DNA from: a virus
Lineage: Duplodnaviria > Caudoviricetes
IMG/VR virus record: IMGVR_UViG_3300037474_000129
Location: 1-48,216 of that record
Length of the DNA stretch: 48,216 nucleotides
Strand: one strand, 5' to 3'
The notes under the pieces: model-generated
Databases searched by the model: none
What the model saw: only the letters and a program-made list of their open reading frames with translations
What the model was told of the DNA's origin: nothing
Made by a program: the position numbers and the translations under genes
Shown here: positions 1 through 8,528 of the stretch, one piece after another
How positions within the stretch are numbered: the first letter of the stretch is position 1
Layout: every line of letters begins with the position of its first letter

Positions 1-1
1 T

Positions 2-13
2 GGTGCGTAGAAT
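2..13. repeat. Left copy of 12-bp terminal direct repeat GGTGCGTAGAAT (candidate cohesive end or circularisation overlap)
   Basis: Identical to 48205-48216; lies in the non-coding region upstream of terS, where lambda-like cos sites are found. Confidence 0.7.
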
Positions 14-147
14 CGCGAAATCACGCTAGAGTCCAATAATTTCGAGGGCTTACCGCACTGACCGCCGGTTATTATCAATGTTGCCAATAACCTGAGTACC
101 CACTCCGGCTTTACAAGTTACGTCTTCCTGGCAGATTCCAGATTCCG

Positions 148-693
148 ATGCACGAATCTGCCCCTTCGATGCCGATGACCTTGACGGATTACGCCAAGCG
201 TCGCGGCTGCACCAAGATGGCCGTGAGCACCGCCATCAAGAGCGGGCGCCTGGTGAAGTCCGTCGTCTGGCTCGAGAACGGACGGCCAGCGATCACGGAC
301 GCAATGCTCGCGGACGAGGAGTGGCGAGAGAACACGGATCTCACCAGGGCGCACCAGACCGTACGTGAACGCGCCGCGCAGGCGCCTTCCGCCCGCGGGT
401 CCGCGGAAGGCGCAGACGTAGCCTCAACCATGGCGGACGCAGCTCTCCGGGAGAAGCACTGGCGGGCCCTGAAGGCGGAGCTGGAATACAAGCAGGCGGC
501 TGGTGAGCTCGTGCCCGCGGCGGAGGTGCGCGGGAAGCTCGAGGAGACGTTCCACGCGTGCCGCACGCGGCTGCTCGGGGTGCCCTCGCGTGTCAAGCAG
601 GCCCTGCCTGAGCTGACGCCGGGGGCGGTGGCGAAGATCGACGAACTCATTCGCGAGGCGCTCGAGGACCTCGCTGCGGGGGCCGCGCCGTGA
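148..693 (+). CDS. terS: Terminase small subunit (Nu1-like)
   Basis: N-terminal HTH (LTDYAKRRGCTKMAVSTAIK), then KAELEYKQAAGELVP and RTRLLGVPSR segments typical of Nu1-like proteins; upstream of terL; true start may be 169 or 175. Confidence 0.85.
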   Translation: MHESAPSMPMTLTDYAKRRGCTKMAVSTAIKSGRLVKSVVWLENGRPAITDAMLADEEWRENTDLTRAHQTVRERAAQAPSARGSAEGADVASTMADAALREKHWRALKAELEYKQAAGELVPAAEVRGKLEETFHACRTRLLGVPSRVKQALPELTPGAVAKIDELIREALEDLAAGAAP

Positions 694-938
694 TCGCCGT
701 GCTGCTGTTCGTCGCGGACCAGTACCGGGAGCGGCTCCTCCGCTTGGCAGAACACGAGCTCACGAATGTCGCGCTCACGGCCATGGGCCGTAGCATCTGG
801 GAAGCGGCTCGCGACTGGGACGCTGCGTGGCTGGGCGAATGGCGGAACCTCATGCTGCTCCTGGTGGCGCCCCCGAAGTGCGTGCACAGGGACTGGTGTT
901 CACTCCCGTTGGGGCATGACGGGGACTGTTTGCCATGA
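690..938 (+). CDS. Small hypothetical protein with Cys/His C-terminal motif, between terS and terL
   Basis: GTGA/ATGA overlaps with both neighbours; ends CVHRDWCSLPLGHDGDC. Confidence 0.6.
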   Translation: MIAVLLFVADQYRERLLRLAEHELTNVALTAMGRSIWEAARDWDAAWLGEWRNLMLLLVAPPKCVHRDWCSLPLGHDGDCLP

Positions 939-2899
939 GCGACTTCGCGAGCGTTGACGAGATCGTCACCGAGGCAATGCAGGCGTGGCGCCCTCCCCCG
1001 AAGCTCTCGCTTTCGGAGTGGGCTGACGAGCACTTCTACCTGTCCCCAGAGAGCTCCGCCGAGCCGGGCCGGTGGAGAACGATTCCCTACCAGAAGGGAA
1101 TCATGGACGCCTTCACGGACCCGGCTGTCGTCCAGGTGTCCGTCATGAAGTCGGCCCGCGTGGGCTGGACGAAGATTGTCAACGCGTTGGTTGGATACTC
1201 GATCCATCAGGACCCCTGTCCGATTCTTGTTGTGCAACCAACCGTCGACGACGCAAAGGGATACTCGAAGGAAGAGATCGCGCCGATGCTCCGCGACTGC
1301 CCCGCGTTGGCGCAGATCGTGTTCGAGGACGCTGAGGAGAACGGTCCGAAGGACAGTGGCAACACGATCCTGCACAAGAAGTTCCCTGGCGGGATTCTTT
1401 CCCTCGTGGGCGCGAACAGCGGCACCGGGTTCCGCCGCGTGTCCCGCAAGCGCGTGCTGTTCGACGAGGTAGACGGTTACCCGGCGAGCGCTGGAAGCGA
1501 TGGCGATCAGATCAAGCTCGGGATCAAGCGGACAGATTTCTATTGGGACAGGAAGATCGGCGCGGGCTCGACGCCGCTCATCGCTGGGGCGAGCCGGATC
1601 GAGCGCCTGTTCGAGGAGGGAGATCAGCGACGCTACTACGTGCCCTGTCCGGCTTGTGGCCACATGGCGCCGTTCGTGTTCCAGGGGGACCATGGCCACG
1701 CGATGACGTGGCCCGAAGGTGAGCCGGAGGCGGCGTTCTTCACGTGCCAGGCGAACGGCTGCGTCATCGAGCACAAGGACAAGCGCGAGATGGTGGAGCG
1801 CGGTGAGTGGCGCGCGGCGCAGCCGTTCAACGGACGCGCGTCATTCCACATCTGGGCCGCCTACTCCTACTCGCCCAATGCTTCCTGGGGCCAGCTCGCA
1901 GCCGAGTTCCTCGAGGCGAAGAAGAACCCGGAGACGCTGAAGACGTTCGTTAACACGGTGCTCGGCGAGACGTGGAAGGAGCGCGGAGAGGCGCCCGACT
2001 GGGAGCGCCTCTTCGGCCGGCGGGAGCAGTACGAGATTGGCACTGTGCCCGAGGGAGTGTTGTTCCTGACGGCCGGCGTGGACGTCCAGAAGGATCGATT
2101 CGTTTACGAAGTTACGGGCTGGGGACACGGCAAGGAATCGTGGAGTGTCGATGCTGGAGTGCTGCCCGGGGATCCGTCGAACGAAGCTGACTGGGCTGTT
2201 CTAGACGAGCTTCTGGCGCGGACGTTCCCTGCGAGGGCGGGCCAGGAGATGCCGATTAGGATGCTCGGCGTCGACTCCGGATACAACACGAACGCCGTCT
2301 ACACGTGGGTTCGTCGTCATTCGATGAGCCGCGTCATCGCGACTAAGGGAGTCACGACGGCAAAGACGTTGGTTGGGTCGCCCTCCCCGGTTGACGTCAC
2401 AGTCCGCGGGAAGCGGTTCGCGCGCGGTTGCAAGGTGTGGCCTGTGGGCGTGGACGTGGCGAAGTCCGAGCTCTACGGCTTCCTGAAGTTGTCACAGCCG
2501 GAGGACGGCGCGGAGCTCCCCGCGGGGTATTGCCACTTCCCCCAGTACGAGCAGGAGTTCTTCAAGCAACTGACGGCCGAGCATCTCGTCGAGAGCGTCG
2601 ATCAGCGCGGCTTCAAGCGGTATGAGTGGCAGAAGATCCCCGGGCGCGAAAACCACTGGCTGGATTGCCGGGTGATCGCGCGTGCTGTTGCTGCAGTTGT
2701 GGGGTTGGACAGGATGCGGTCAGAGCGGAAGGTCACTCCACCGCCCGTTCGCCGTGAGGACCCACCTTCCGGGCCAGAGAAGAACTGGATTGCCGATATC
2801 GGTCCCAGCACACCCGCGGAACGTAAGCGCAAGCGCCAGAGCAGCGGATTCCTCCGGGGTGACAGATTCCAGATTCGTGGTAAGGGATGGTTGAGGTGA
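935..2899 (+). CDS. terL: Terminase large subunit, lambda GpA family
   Basis: KSARVGWT Walker A, LFDEVD Walker B, GDQRRYYVPCPACG, AGVDVQ nuclease motif, NHWLDCRV. Confidence 0.97.
   Translation: MSDFASVDEIVTEAMQAWRPPPKLSLSEWADEHFYLSPESSAEPGRWRTIPYQKGIMDAFTDPAVVQVSVMKSARVGWTKIVNALVGYSIHQDPCPILVVQPTVDDAKGYSKEEIAPMLRDCPALAQIVFEDAEENGPKDSGNTILHKKFPGGILSLVGANSGTGFRRVSRKRVLFDEVDGYPASAGSDGDQIKLGIKRTDFYWDRKIGAGSTPLIAGASRIERLFEEGDQRRYYVPCPACGHMAPFVFQGDHGHAMTWPEGEPEAAFFTCQANGCVIEHKDKREMVERGEWRAAQPFNGRASFHIWAAYSYSPNASWGQLAAEFLEAKKNPETLKTFVNTVLGETWKERGEAPDWERLFGRREQYEIGTVPEGVLFLTAGVDVQKDRFVYEVTGWGHGKESWSVDAGVLPGDPSNEADWAVLDELLARTFPARAGQEMPIRMLGVDSGYNTNAVYTWVRRHSMSRVIATKGVTTAKTLVGSPSPVDVTVRGKRFARGCKVWPVGVDVAKSELYGFLKLSQPEDGAELPAGYCHFPQYEQEFFKQLTAEHLVESVDQRGFKRYEWQKIPGRENHWLDCRVIARAVAAVVGLDRMRSERKVTPPPVRREDPPSGPEKNWIADIGPSTPAERKRKRQSSGFLRGDRFQIRGKGWLR
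2859..2886 (+). promoter_or_regulatory. Putative promoter with CAGATTCCAGATTC operator in spacer
   Basis: GTGACA-16nt-TAAGGG with motif at 2863-2876, just upstream of the gpW-like gene. Confidence 0.5.
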
Positions 2900-2902
2900 T
2901 GC

Positions 2903-3121
2903 ATGGCGACGTGGACGCAAGAAGATATCGACAAGCTCAAAGCCGCGATCGCCTCCGGCGTCCTGTCCGTCACCTACAACGGGCCGCCCGCGCGTTCCGT
3001 CACCTATCAGTCCCTCGCTGCGATGCGATCACTCCTCGCCGAAATGACGGCTGACGTGGCTCGCCAGGCAGGCGCAAAGACGACTCGGCGCGCGAAGTTC
3101 CGAAAAGGATTCGACTCGTGA
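2903..3121 (+). CDS. Head-tail joining protein, gpW-like
   Basis: 72 aa between terL and portal; LKAAIASGVLSVTY...RSVTYQSL pattern. Confidence 0.85.
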   Translation: MATWTQEDIDKLKAAIASGVLSVTYNGPPARSVTYQSLAAMRSLLAEMTADVARQAGAKTTRRAKFRKGFDS

Positions 3122-4602
3122 AGCTCACTACTCTTGATCGCTTCACACAGGTTTTCGCCCCGCGATGGACTCTCGATCGCGTTCGGGCGCGCACCGCGAT
3201 CGCTGTCCTGGCGCGACACTTCGAAGCGGCTCAGCCGGGTCGGCGTACCGCTGGCTGGGCTCGGAACCGCGGCGATGCGAACGCGGTGGGCGGAGTCGCT
3301 CTCGCCGAGCTCAGGATGCATGCCCGCGATCTCTGCCGGAACGTCGGCTGGGCTCGTAAGGCCCGGCGTGTCATCGCGACCCACACCGTCGGGTGGGGTA
3401 TCGTTCCTCGTCCTCGGGGTGAGCACGCGAAGGCCGCAGCCGTCCTGTGGAAGGACTGGGCGGAGTCGCCGAGCTGCAGCATCGACGGGCGGTCGACGTT
3501 CTATGCGATGCAGTACCTTGCAATCCGAACGATCTTCGAAGCGGGAGAAGTGCTGATCCGGCGGTATGTTCGTCCTGGCGCTCCCGTGCCGCTGCGCCTT
3601 CAGGTCCTCGAGCCAGACCACCTGGACACCGCGAAGGATCTAGACCGGGGTGAGGCAGGCGGCCCGATTATCCAGGGCGTAGAGTTCGCGGCTGACGGCT
3701 CCCGCGCTGCGTACTGGCTCTTTCCGGTGCACCCGGGGAACACCCGGAGCTCGTCTCAGTCCCGGCGTGTTCCCGCGGCCGACGTGCTCCACGTCTACGA
3801 TACAGAGCGCGCAGGCCAAGCACGCGGCATCAGCTGGTTGGGAGCGGCGATCGTCCCGATGAAGGACCTCGACGAGTTCGAGGACGCCGAGCTGATGAAG
3901 CAGAAGATCGCGGCGTGTTTCGCGGCGTTCGTCACAGATCTCGACGGTGCGGGGACACACACTGGCCTTGAAGACGAGGACGATGACGAGCTCGAGGTGT
4001 TTGAGCCAGGAATGATCAAATACCTCCCCCCCGGCAAGGAAGTGACGACCGCCAGCCCGCCGGCTGCCGTTGAGGCGGGGTTCACGGCTCGGCACCTGCG
4101 CAAAGCGGCTGCGGCCATGGGCGTTACGTATGAGGACCTGACGGGCGACTACAGCCAGGTCAACTTCAGCTCTGCGCGAATGGCACGGCTGGTTCACTGG
4201 GGCGACGTCTACGCGTGGCAGCACCACATGATGATTCCCCTTCTCTGCCGCGGGGTGTGGGAATGGTTCGTCGACGCCGCTGGCACCGCGGGCAATCTGC
4301 GAGGGCCCGTTGGTGCTGACTGGACTCCTCCGCCGATGCCCATGATCGAGCCTGCGCAGGAAGGCCTTGCTCTCCAGCGACTCGTTCGCACAGGCGCGAT
4401 GACGCACAACGAGATGGTCCGCCAGCAGGGGGGCGATCCCGAGTCGCACTGGGACGAGTTCGAAGAGGGGCTCAAGGCGCTGGACGCGCGCGGTATCAAG
4501 CTCGACTCGGATCCTCGGGCGACGAGCGCAGCCGGCCTGACTCAGGAGCGCGTGGGGCTCGGTGGCGGGTCAGATTCCTCGGACGAAACGCCGCCGGGTT
4601 GA
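3118..4602 (+). CDS. Portal protein, lambda gpB family
   Basis: ARDLCRN, LQVLEPDHL, IIQGVEF, GQARG, LTGDYSQVNFSSAR motifs. Confidence 0.96.
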   Translation: MKLTTLDRFTQVFAPRWTLDRVRARTAIAVLARHFEAAQPGRRTAGWARNRGDANAVGGVALAELRMHARDLCRNVGWARKARRVIATHTVGWGIVPRPRGEHAKAAAVLWKDWAESPSCSIDGRSTFYAMQYLAIRTIFEAGEVLIRRYVRPGAPVPLRLQVLEPDHLDTAKDLDRGEAGGPIIQGVEFAADGSRAAYWLFPVHPGNTRSSSQSRRVPAADVLHVYDTERAGQARGISWLGAAIVPMKDLDEFEDAELMKQKIAACFAAFVTDLDGAGTHTGLEDEDDDELEVFEPGMIKYLPPGKEVTTASPPAAVEAGFTARHLRKAAAAMGVTYEDLTGDYSQVNFSSARMARLVHWGDVYAWQHHMMIPLLCRGVWEWFVDAAGTAGNLRGPVGADWTPPPMPMIEPAQEGLALQRLVRTGAMTHNEMVRQQGGDPESHWDEFEEGLKALDARGIKLDSDPRATSAAGLTQERVGLGGGSDSSDETPPG

Positions 4603-4626
4603 CCAGATTCCAGATTCGTGTAGGGT
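4599..4626 (+). promoter_or_regulatory. Putative sigma70-type promoter with operator in spacer (capsid gene)
   Basis: TTGACC-16nt-TAGGGT; CAGATTCCAGATTC at 4604-4617; ATG 8 nt after the -10. Confidence 0.65.
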
Positions 4627-4634
4627 GTGAATCT

Positions 4635-6653
4635 ATGACAGTCCGTTCACAGACGCGCGATCTTCCTCCTCTTCAGGTCCGGGCTTCCTTTGAGCCGGCG
4701 ACCCTGGACAGGGAGAAGCGGACGGTCGAAGTGACCTGGAGCGCAGGCGCCCGCGTGCTGCGGGGGTGGTGGGACCGCTTTTGGGAGGAACTCTCCCTTG
4801 ATCCTGCTCACGTTCATCTGGACCGGCTGAACAACGGTGCACCGTTTCTCGCCGACCACAATGGCTTCAGCGTGAAGGACACCCCCGCGGTTGTTGAACG
4901 CGCGTGGCTCGCGAAGGGCGACAGCGGCGCTCAGGTTGGACGAGCTCTCGTGCGTTTCGTCCGGGCGGGGCTGGATCCAGACGCTGATCTGTTGTTCGAG
5001 AAGATCGCTGACAAGATCGTCGCCAACTGTTCAGTCGGGTACCGCGTTCACAAGATGGAGAAGATCGAGGACGCGGAGGACGGCATTCCAGTCATGCGCG
5101 CCACGTCCTGGACTCCACATGAGGTGAGCGCGGTCGCCATTGGTGCGGATGACGATGCTGGATTCCGTGCCGCGCGCAGTCGCGACGATGCGCCCAATCA
5201 AGTCGAAGTGATCACCCGCGGCGTGGAGCCGCACCAGGAGAAGCACATGCCCGAGGAAGTCAAGCAGCCCCCGGTGCCCGCGAACGCGGGGGAGACCCGG
5301 GCTGACGAGGAGAAGGTTCAGGCCGAGCTTCAGCGTGGAGTCGAAATCCGGAAGATCGCGAAGACGGCGGGGCTCGGCGACGAGTTCGCTGAGAAGCTCG
5401 TCACGGATCGAACCCCCCTCGACAAGGCCCGGACGATCGTGATCGAGGAGTGGGCGAAGCGCACTTCGCAGAATCCGACGAGCTCGCACCTGCGGATCGA
5501 GGGCGGTGAGGACCAGCGCGACAAGTTCGTTCGCGGCGCGGAGGCATGGCTCGTCCAGCGCGCCGGGAAGGGCGCCATCGTCGCGGCGGCTGCGAAGGCG
5601 GGCAAGGTGACCGTCGTCGAGAGCGATCCTGGTGAGTTCCGGGGGCTGACGCTGATCGGTCTCGCTCGCGAGGCCCTTGAGCGGGCCGGTGTCAACACTC
5701 GTCGACTGAGCGATGAGAGGATCGCGGAGCTGGCGCTGTCTCGACGCGGCGGGATCGGCGGGATGGCGACTGCGAGTGACTTCCCAGTACTCCTCGAGAA
5801 TGTGACCAACAAGGTCCTGCTCGCTGCCTACGAGGTGGCCCCACATGAGTGGGACCGGTTCTGCGCGCGTGGCTCCGTTTCGAACTTCCATGAGCACAAC
5901 CGGTATCGCCCGGGAGCGTTCGGCACGCTCGACGACGTGAACGACCACGGTGAGCTGAAGCGGAAGTCCATTCCGGACGGTGAGAAGCGGGCCGTGACGA
6001 TCGGGACGAAGGGCAACACGATCGGCATCACGCGGAGGACGATCATCCAGGACGACATGGGGGTCTTCACGAACCTCGCCGGCGCGTTCGGCATGGCTGC
6101 CCAGAACACGATCGAGACGACGGTCTGGTCGAAGATCACCGCGAACGCTGGACTCGGAGCCGACTACGGGGACAGCAACCCGCTGTTTCACTCGAGCCGG
6201 TCGAATATCAACACCGTCGGTTCGGCGCTGAGCGTGGCTGGTCTCGACGCGGACCGCGTCATCATGAAGCGCCAGCCGGCCCCCTCAGGGACTACCAAGC
6301 TGAATCTGGCACCAGCGATCCTTGTGGTGCCCACCGAGCTCGGCGGCGAGGCGCGGGTCATCAACGAGGCGCAGTACGACAACACCACGAACAAGCTCAA
6401 CGTCCCGAACAAGGCCCGGGGGTTGTTCCGCGACATCGTCGACACGGCTCAGCTCACGGGCACCCGCCGCTACCTCTTCGCCGACCCTGCGGTCGCCCCC
6501 GTGATCGAGGTGACGTTCCTCGAGGGCCAGGAGGCGCCGCAGATGGAGAGCCAGGAGGGTTTCGAGGTGCTCGGCCTGCAGTGGCGGGTCTTTCTCGACT
6601 TCGGCGTGAACCTAGTCGACTACCGCGGGTGCGTCACGAACGCGGGCGCGTGA
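4635..6653 (+). CDS. Fused prohead protease and major capsid protein
   Basis: N-terminal protease (PFLADH, SVGY, WTPHEVSAVAIGAD) fused to capsid domain (SDFPVLLEN, ITRRTIIQDD, LVVPTEL, FLEGQEAP, DFGVNLVDYRG). Confidence 0.92.
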   Translation: MTVRSQTRDLPPLQVRASFEPATLDREKRTVEVTWSAGARVLRGWWDRFWEELSLDPAHVHLDRLNNGAPFLADHNGFSVKDTPAVVERAWLAKGDSGAQVGRALVRFVRAGLDPDADLLFEKIADKIVANCSVGYRVHKMEKIEDAEDGIPVMRATSWTPHEVSAVAIGADDDAGFRAARSRDDAPNQVEVITRGVEPHQEKHMPEEVKQPPVPANAGETRADEEKVQAELQRGVEIRKIAKTAGLGDEFAEKLVTDRTPLDKARTIVIEEWAKRTSQNPTSSHLRIEGGEDQRDKFVRGAEAWLVQRAGKGAIVAAAAKAGKVTVVESDPGEFRGLTLIGLAREALERAGVNTRRLSDERIAELALSRRGGIGGMATASDFPVLLENVTNKVLLAAYEVAPHEWDRFCARGSVSNFHEHNRYRPGAFGTLDDVNDHGELKRKSIPDGEKRAVTIGTKGNTIGITRRTIIQDDMGVFTNLAGAFGMAAQNTIETTVWSKITANAGLGADYGDSNPLFHSSRSNINTVGSALSVAGLDADRVIMKRQPAPSGTTKLNLAPAILVVPTELGGEARVINEAQYDNTTNKLNVPNKARGLFRDIVDTAQLTGTRRYLFADPAVAPVIEVTFLEGQEAPQMESQEGFEVLGLQWRVFLDFGVNLVDYRGCVTNAGA

Positions 6654-6737
6654 TGTGACCGGCCCGACGGGTTCGGGACCCTCCTGATCAGGACAATACG
6701 CGGGGTGGTGGCAGGCAACGCGCACCCCAGCAGCACG

Positions 6738-6817
6738 GCTGACGTAGTTCAGCGGCAGAGCACCCGGGGACGGTGACACGTACCGGGAGATCGCGGGTTC
6801 GATTCCCGCCGTTGGCC
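6738..6817 (+). ncRNA. tRNA-like RNA without a canonical anticodon loop
   Basis: Acceptor GCTGACG/CGTTGGC; D arm GTTC-AGCGGCA-GAGC; stem CCCGG/CCGGG around a 15-nt loop; T arm GCGGG-TTCGATT-CCCGC; no encoded CCA. Confidence 0.75.
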
Positions 6818-6841
6818 CTCACACGAAGTCGGAGACGCACT

Positions 6842-7504
6842 GTGAACAACTACATTCAGGCAGGAGAGACCCTTCCTCTGACCGTCGATCGGAACGTGTC
6901 GTCCGGGGGTGGGTTCCTCGCGGGATCCCTCTTCGGTGTCGCGACTGCAGATGTCGCGAGCGGAGACGAGGGCGAGTTCAACACGTGTGGGGTCTACACC
7001 CTCGCGAAGACGACCTCCCAGGCGTGGACCGTTGGCCAGAAGATTTACTGGGACGACACGAACCATCGCTGCGACTCGGACGGCATGGTCGGCCAGCTCA
7101 TCGGCGTCGCGACCGTCGCCGCGGACAGTGCTGACACGACGGGAATCGTTCGCCTCAACGGCAGCGCCCCTTCGGCGGCGGAGGGCCCTCAGAGCGCTGT
7201 CGCCGATCTGACGGACAACTCGGGGGGTGCGACGGCTGACGGCACGATCGGGGTTGTCACTGCGCCTACGGCTCTGACGGACAGCACGGGCGGCACTGCT
7301 GATGGCACGCTCTCGGCGGTCGGGGCAACCAACGGCGGCGATGTCTCGGGCACCATCAACAACAACTTCAAGGAGCTCACGACGGCGCAGGGGCAGAACC
7401 GGACGGCGATCGTCGCACTGACGGACGCGGTCAAGGAACTGTCCACCAAGCAGAACGCCCTGCTCGCCAAGCTCCGGACCGCTGGCATCATCGCTTCGAG
7501 CTGA
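6842..7504 (+). CDS. DUF2190-like capsid decoration protein with C-terminal fibre-like extension
   Basis: NNYIQAGETL...GSLFGVAT...GQKIYWD...IGVA...VRLNG; two LTDxxGG(A)TADGT repeats; C-terminal NALLAKLRTAGIIAS. Confidence 0.85.
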   Translation: MNNYIQAGETLPLTVDRNVSSGGGFLAGSLFGVATADVASGDEGEFNTCGVYTLAKTTSQAWTVGQKIYWDDTNHRCDSDGMVGQLIGVATVAADSADTTGIVRLNGSAPSAAEGPQSAVADLTDNSGGATADGTIGVVTAPTALTDSTGGTADGTLSAVGATNGGDVSGTINNNFKELTTAQGQNRTAIVALTDAVKELSTKQNALLAKLRTAGIIASS

Positions 7505-7506
7505 CC

Positions 7507-7821
7507 GTGACCTTCGCGACGCTCCTTGCCCAGATCGATCAGGTCACGCTGGCGCAGCTGGGCGAGGACGTCGTCTACGCGCCGTCGGTCGGAGACGCAG
7601 AGATCGTCAGCGGTGTCTTCGACGAGGCGTACGTCCGCGCTGACGCGGGCAACGCAGGGGCTTCGAGCAGTGAGCCGGCGGTGTTCCTCACTCTGGCGGA
7701 CCTCCCGAGCGATCCGCGCACAGACGAGGCGACCATCACGATCCGGGATGTCGCCTACGCGATCCGCGAGGCGAAGCCCGACGGGCAAGGCGGCGTCCTC
7801 GTGTTCCTTCAGGAGGCGTGA
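7507..7821 (+). CDS. Head-tail joining protein (gpFII-like)
   Basis: Position, 104 aa, GVFD and PDGQG motifs. Confidence 0.75.
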   Translation: MTFATLLAQIDQVTLAQLGEDVVYAPSVGDAEIVSGVFDEAYVRADAGNAGASSSEPAVFLTLADLPSDPRTDEATITIRDVAYAIREAKPDGQGGVLVFLQEA

Positions 7822-7823
7822 CT

Positions 7824-8357
7824 ATGGGTCACCCGCGCAAGGAGATTCGCCAAGCGGTTGCGGCTCAGATCTCGGGTGAGACCGCGGCGGAGGACCGCGT
7901 CTACACGACGCGGGAGGTACCATACAAGCGCGGCGGTGTACCCGCGATCGCCGTCTATACCCCCGAGGAAGAGGTCGACGGGGAGACGCCGACGGCCCCG
8001 AGGGAGCTTGTGCGATCCCTCCAGGTGTTCATTGAGGGTGTGTGCGTCGGCGGGGAGACGGTCGATGACACGATCGATGACCTCGCAGAGGAGATCGAAA
8101 CGGCGATGCATGCCGACGAGACACTCGGCGGCAAGGCGGGGGATTCGATTCTCTCTCGAACAGAGACAGCTGTTTTTGAGGACGCGGGGAAGTCCTTCGG
8201 CCTCGTTCGCCTCGTCTATGTGGTGATGTATCAGACGTACGCGCCAGCCGAAGTCTCGACGCCTGACGACTTCCTCACCGCAGACGTCCGACACAGCCTG
8301 TCTGGCGCTCAGGCGACAGACGATCAGGCCCACGACTCAGTTCCGGTTCAGGAGTAA
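7824..8357 (+). CDS. Tail terminator or completion protein (gpU/Mu gp37-like)
   Basis: HPRKEIRQAV, PAIAVYT, DDLAEEIETAM; acidic; precedes sheath. Confidence 0.7.
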   Translation: MGHPRKEIRQAVAAQISGETAAEDRVYTTREVPYKRGGVPAIAVYTPEEEVDGETPTAPRELVRSLQVFIEGVCVGGETVDDTIDDLAEEIETAMHADETLGGKAGDSILSRTETAVFEDAGKSFGLVRLVYVVMYQTYAPAEVSTPDDFLTADVRHSLSGAQATDDQAHDSVPVQE

Positions 8358-8360
8358 TCC

Positions 8361-8528
8361 GTGCTCATCAAACCCGTCCCAGGCCGTGTTGTTCGCGACC
8401 CAGTCAGCATGCGCCCGGTTCCAGAGGGCGGACGCGAGGTTCCCGAGTCTGCGTATTGGTTGCGTAGACTCGCTGCGGGGGACGTGGTACTCACTGACCA
8501 GATTCCCGATTCCGAGGTGACGCAGTGA
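8361..8528 (+). CDS. DUF2635-like small tail protein (55 aa, absent from ORF track)
   Basis: Manual translation MLIKPVPGRVVRDP...GREVPESAYWLRRLAAGDVV; coupled to the sheath start, as in Mu-like tails. Confidence 0.85.
   Translation: MLIKPVPGRVVRDPVSMRPVPEGGREVPESAYWLRRLAAGDVVLTDQIPDSEVTQ

Noticed and set aside
647-6191. Long antisense or alternative-frame ORFs (e.g. 647-1774, 5031-6191, 33632-34783, 44020-45168)
   Set aside because: Shadows of well-supported genes in high-GC DNA, with no recognisable motifs
6738-6817. Functional decoding tRNA (also considered for 39499-39590)
   Set aside because: Neither element has a 7-nt anticodon loop with U33, so no amino acid can be assigned
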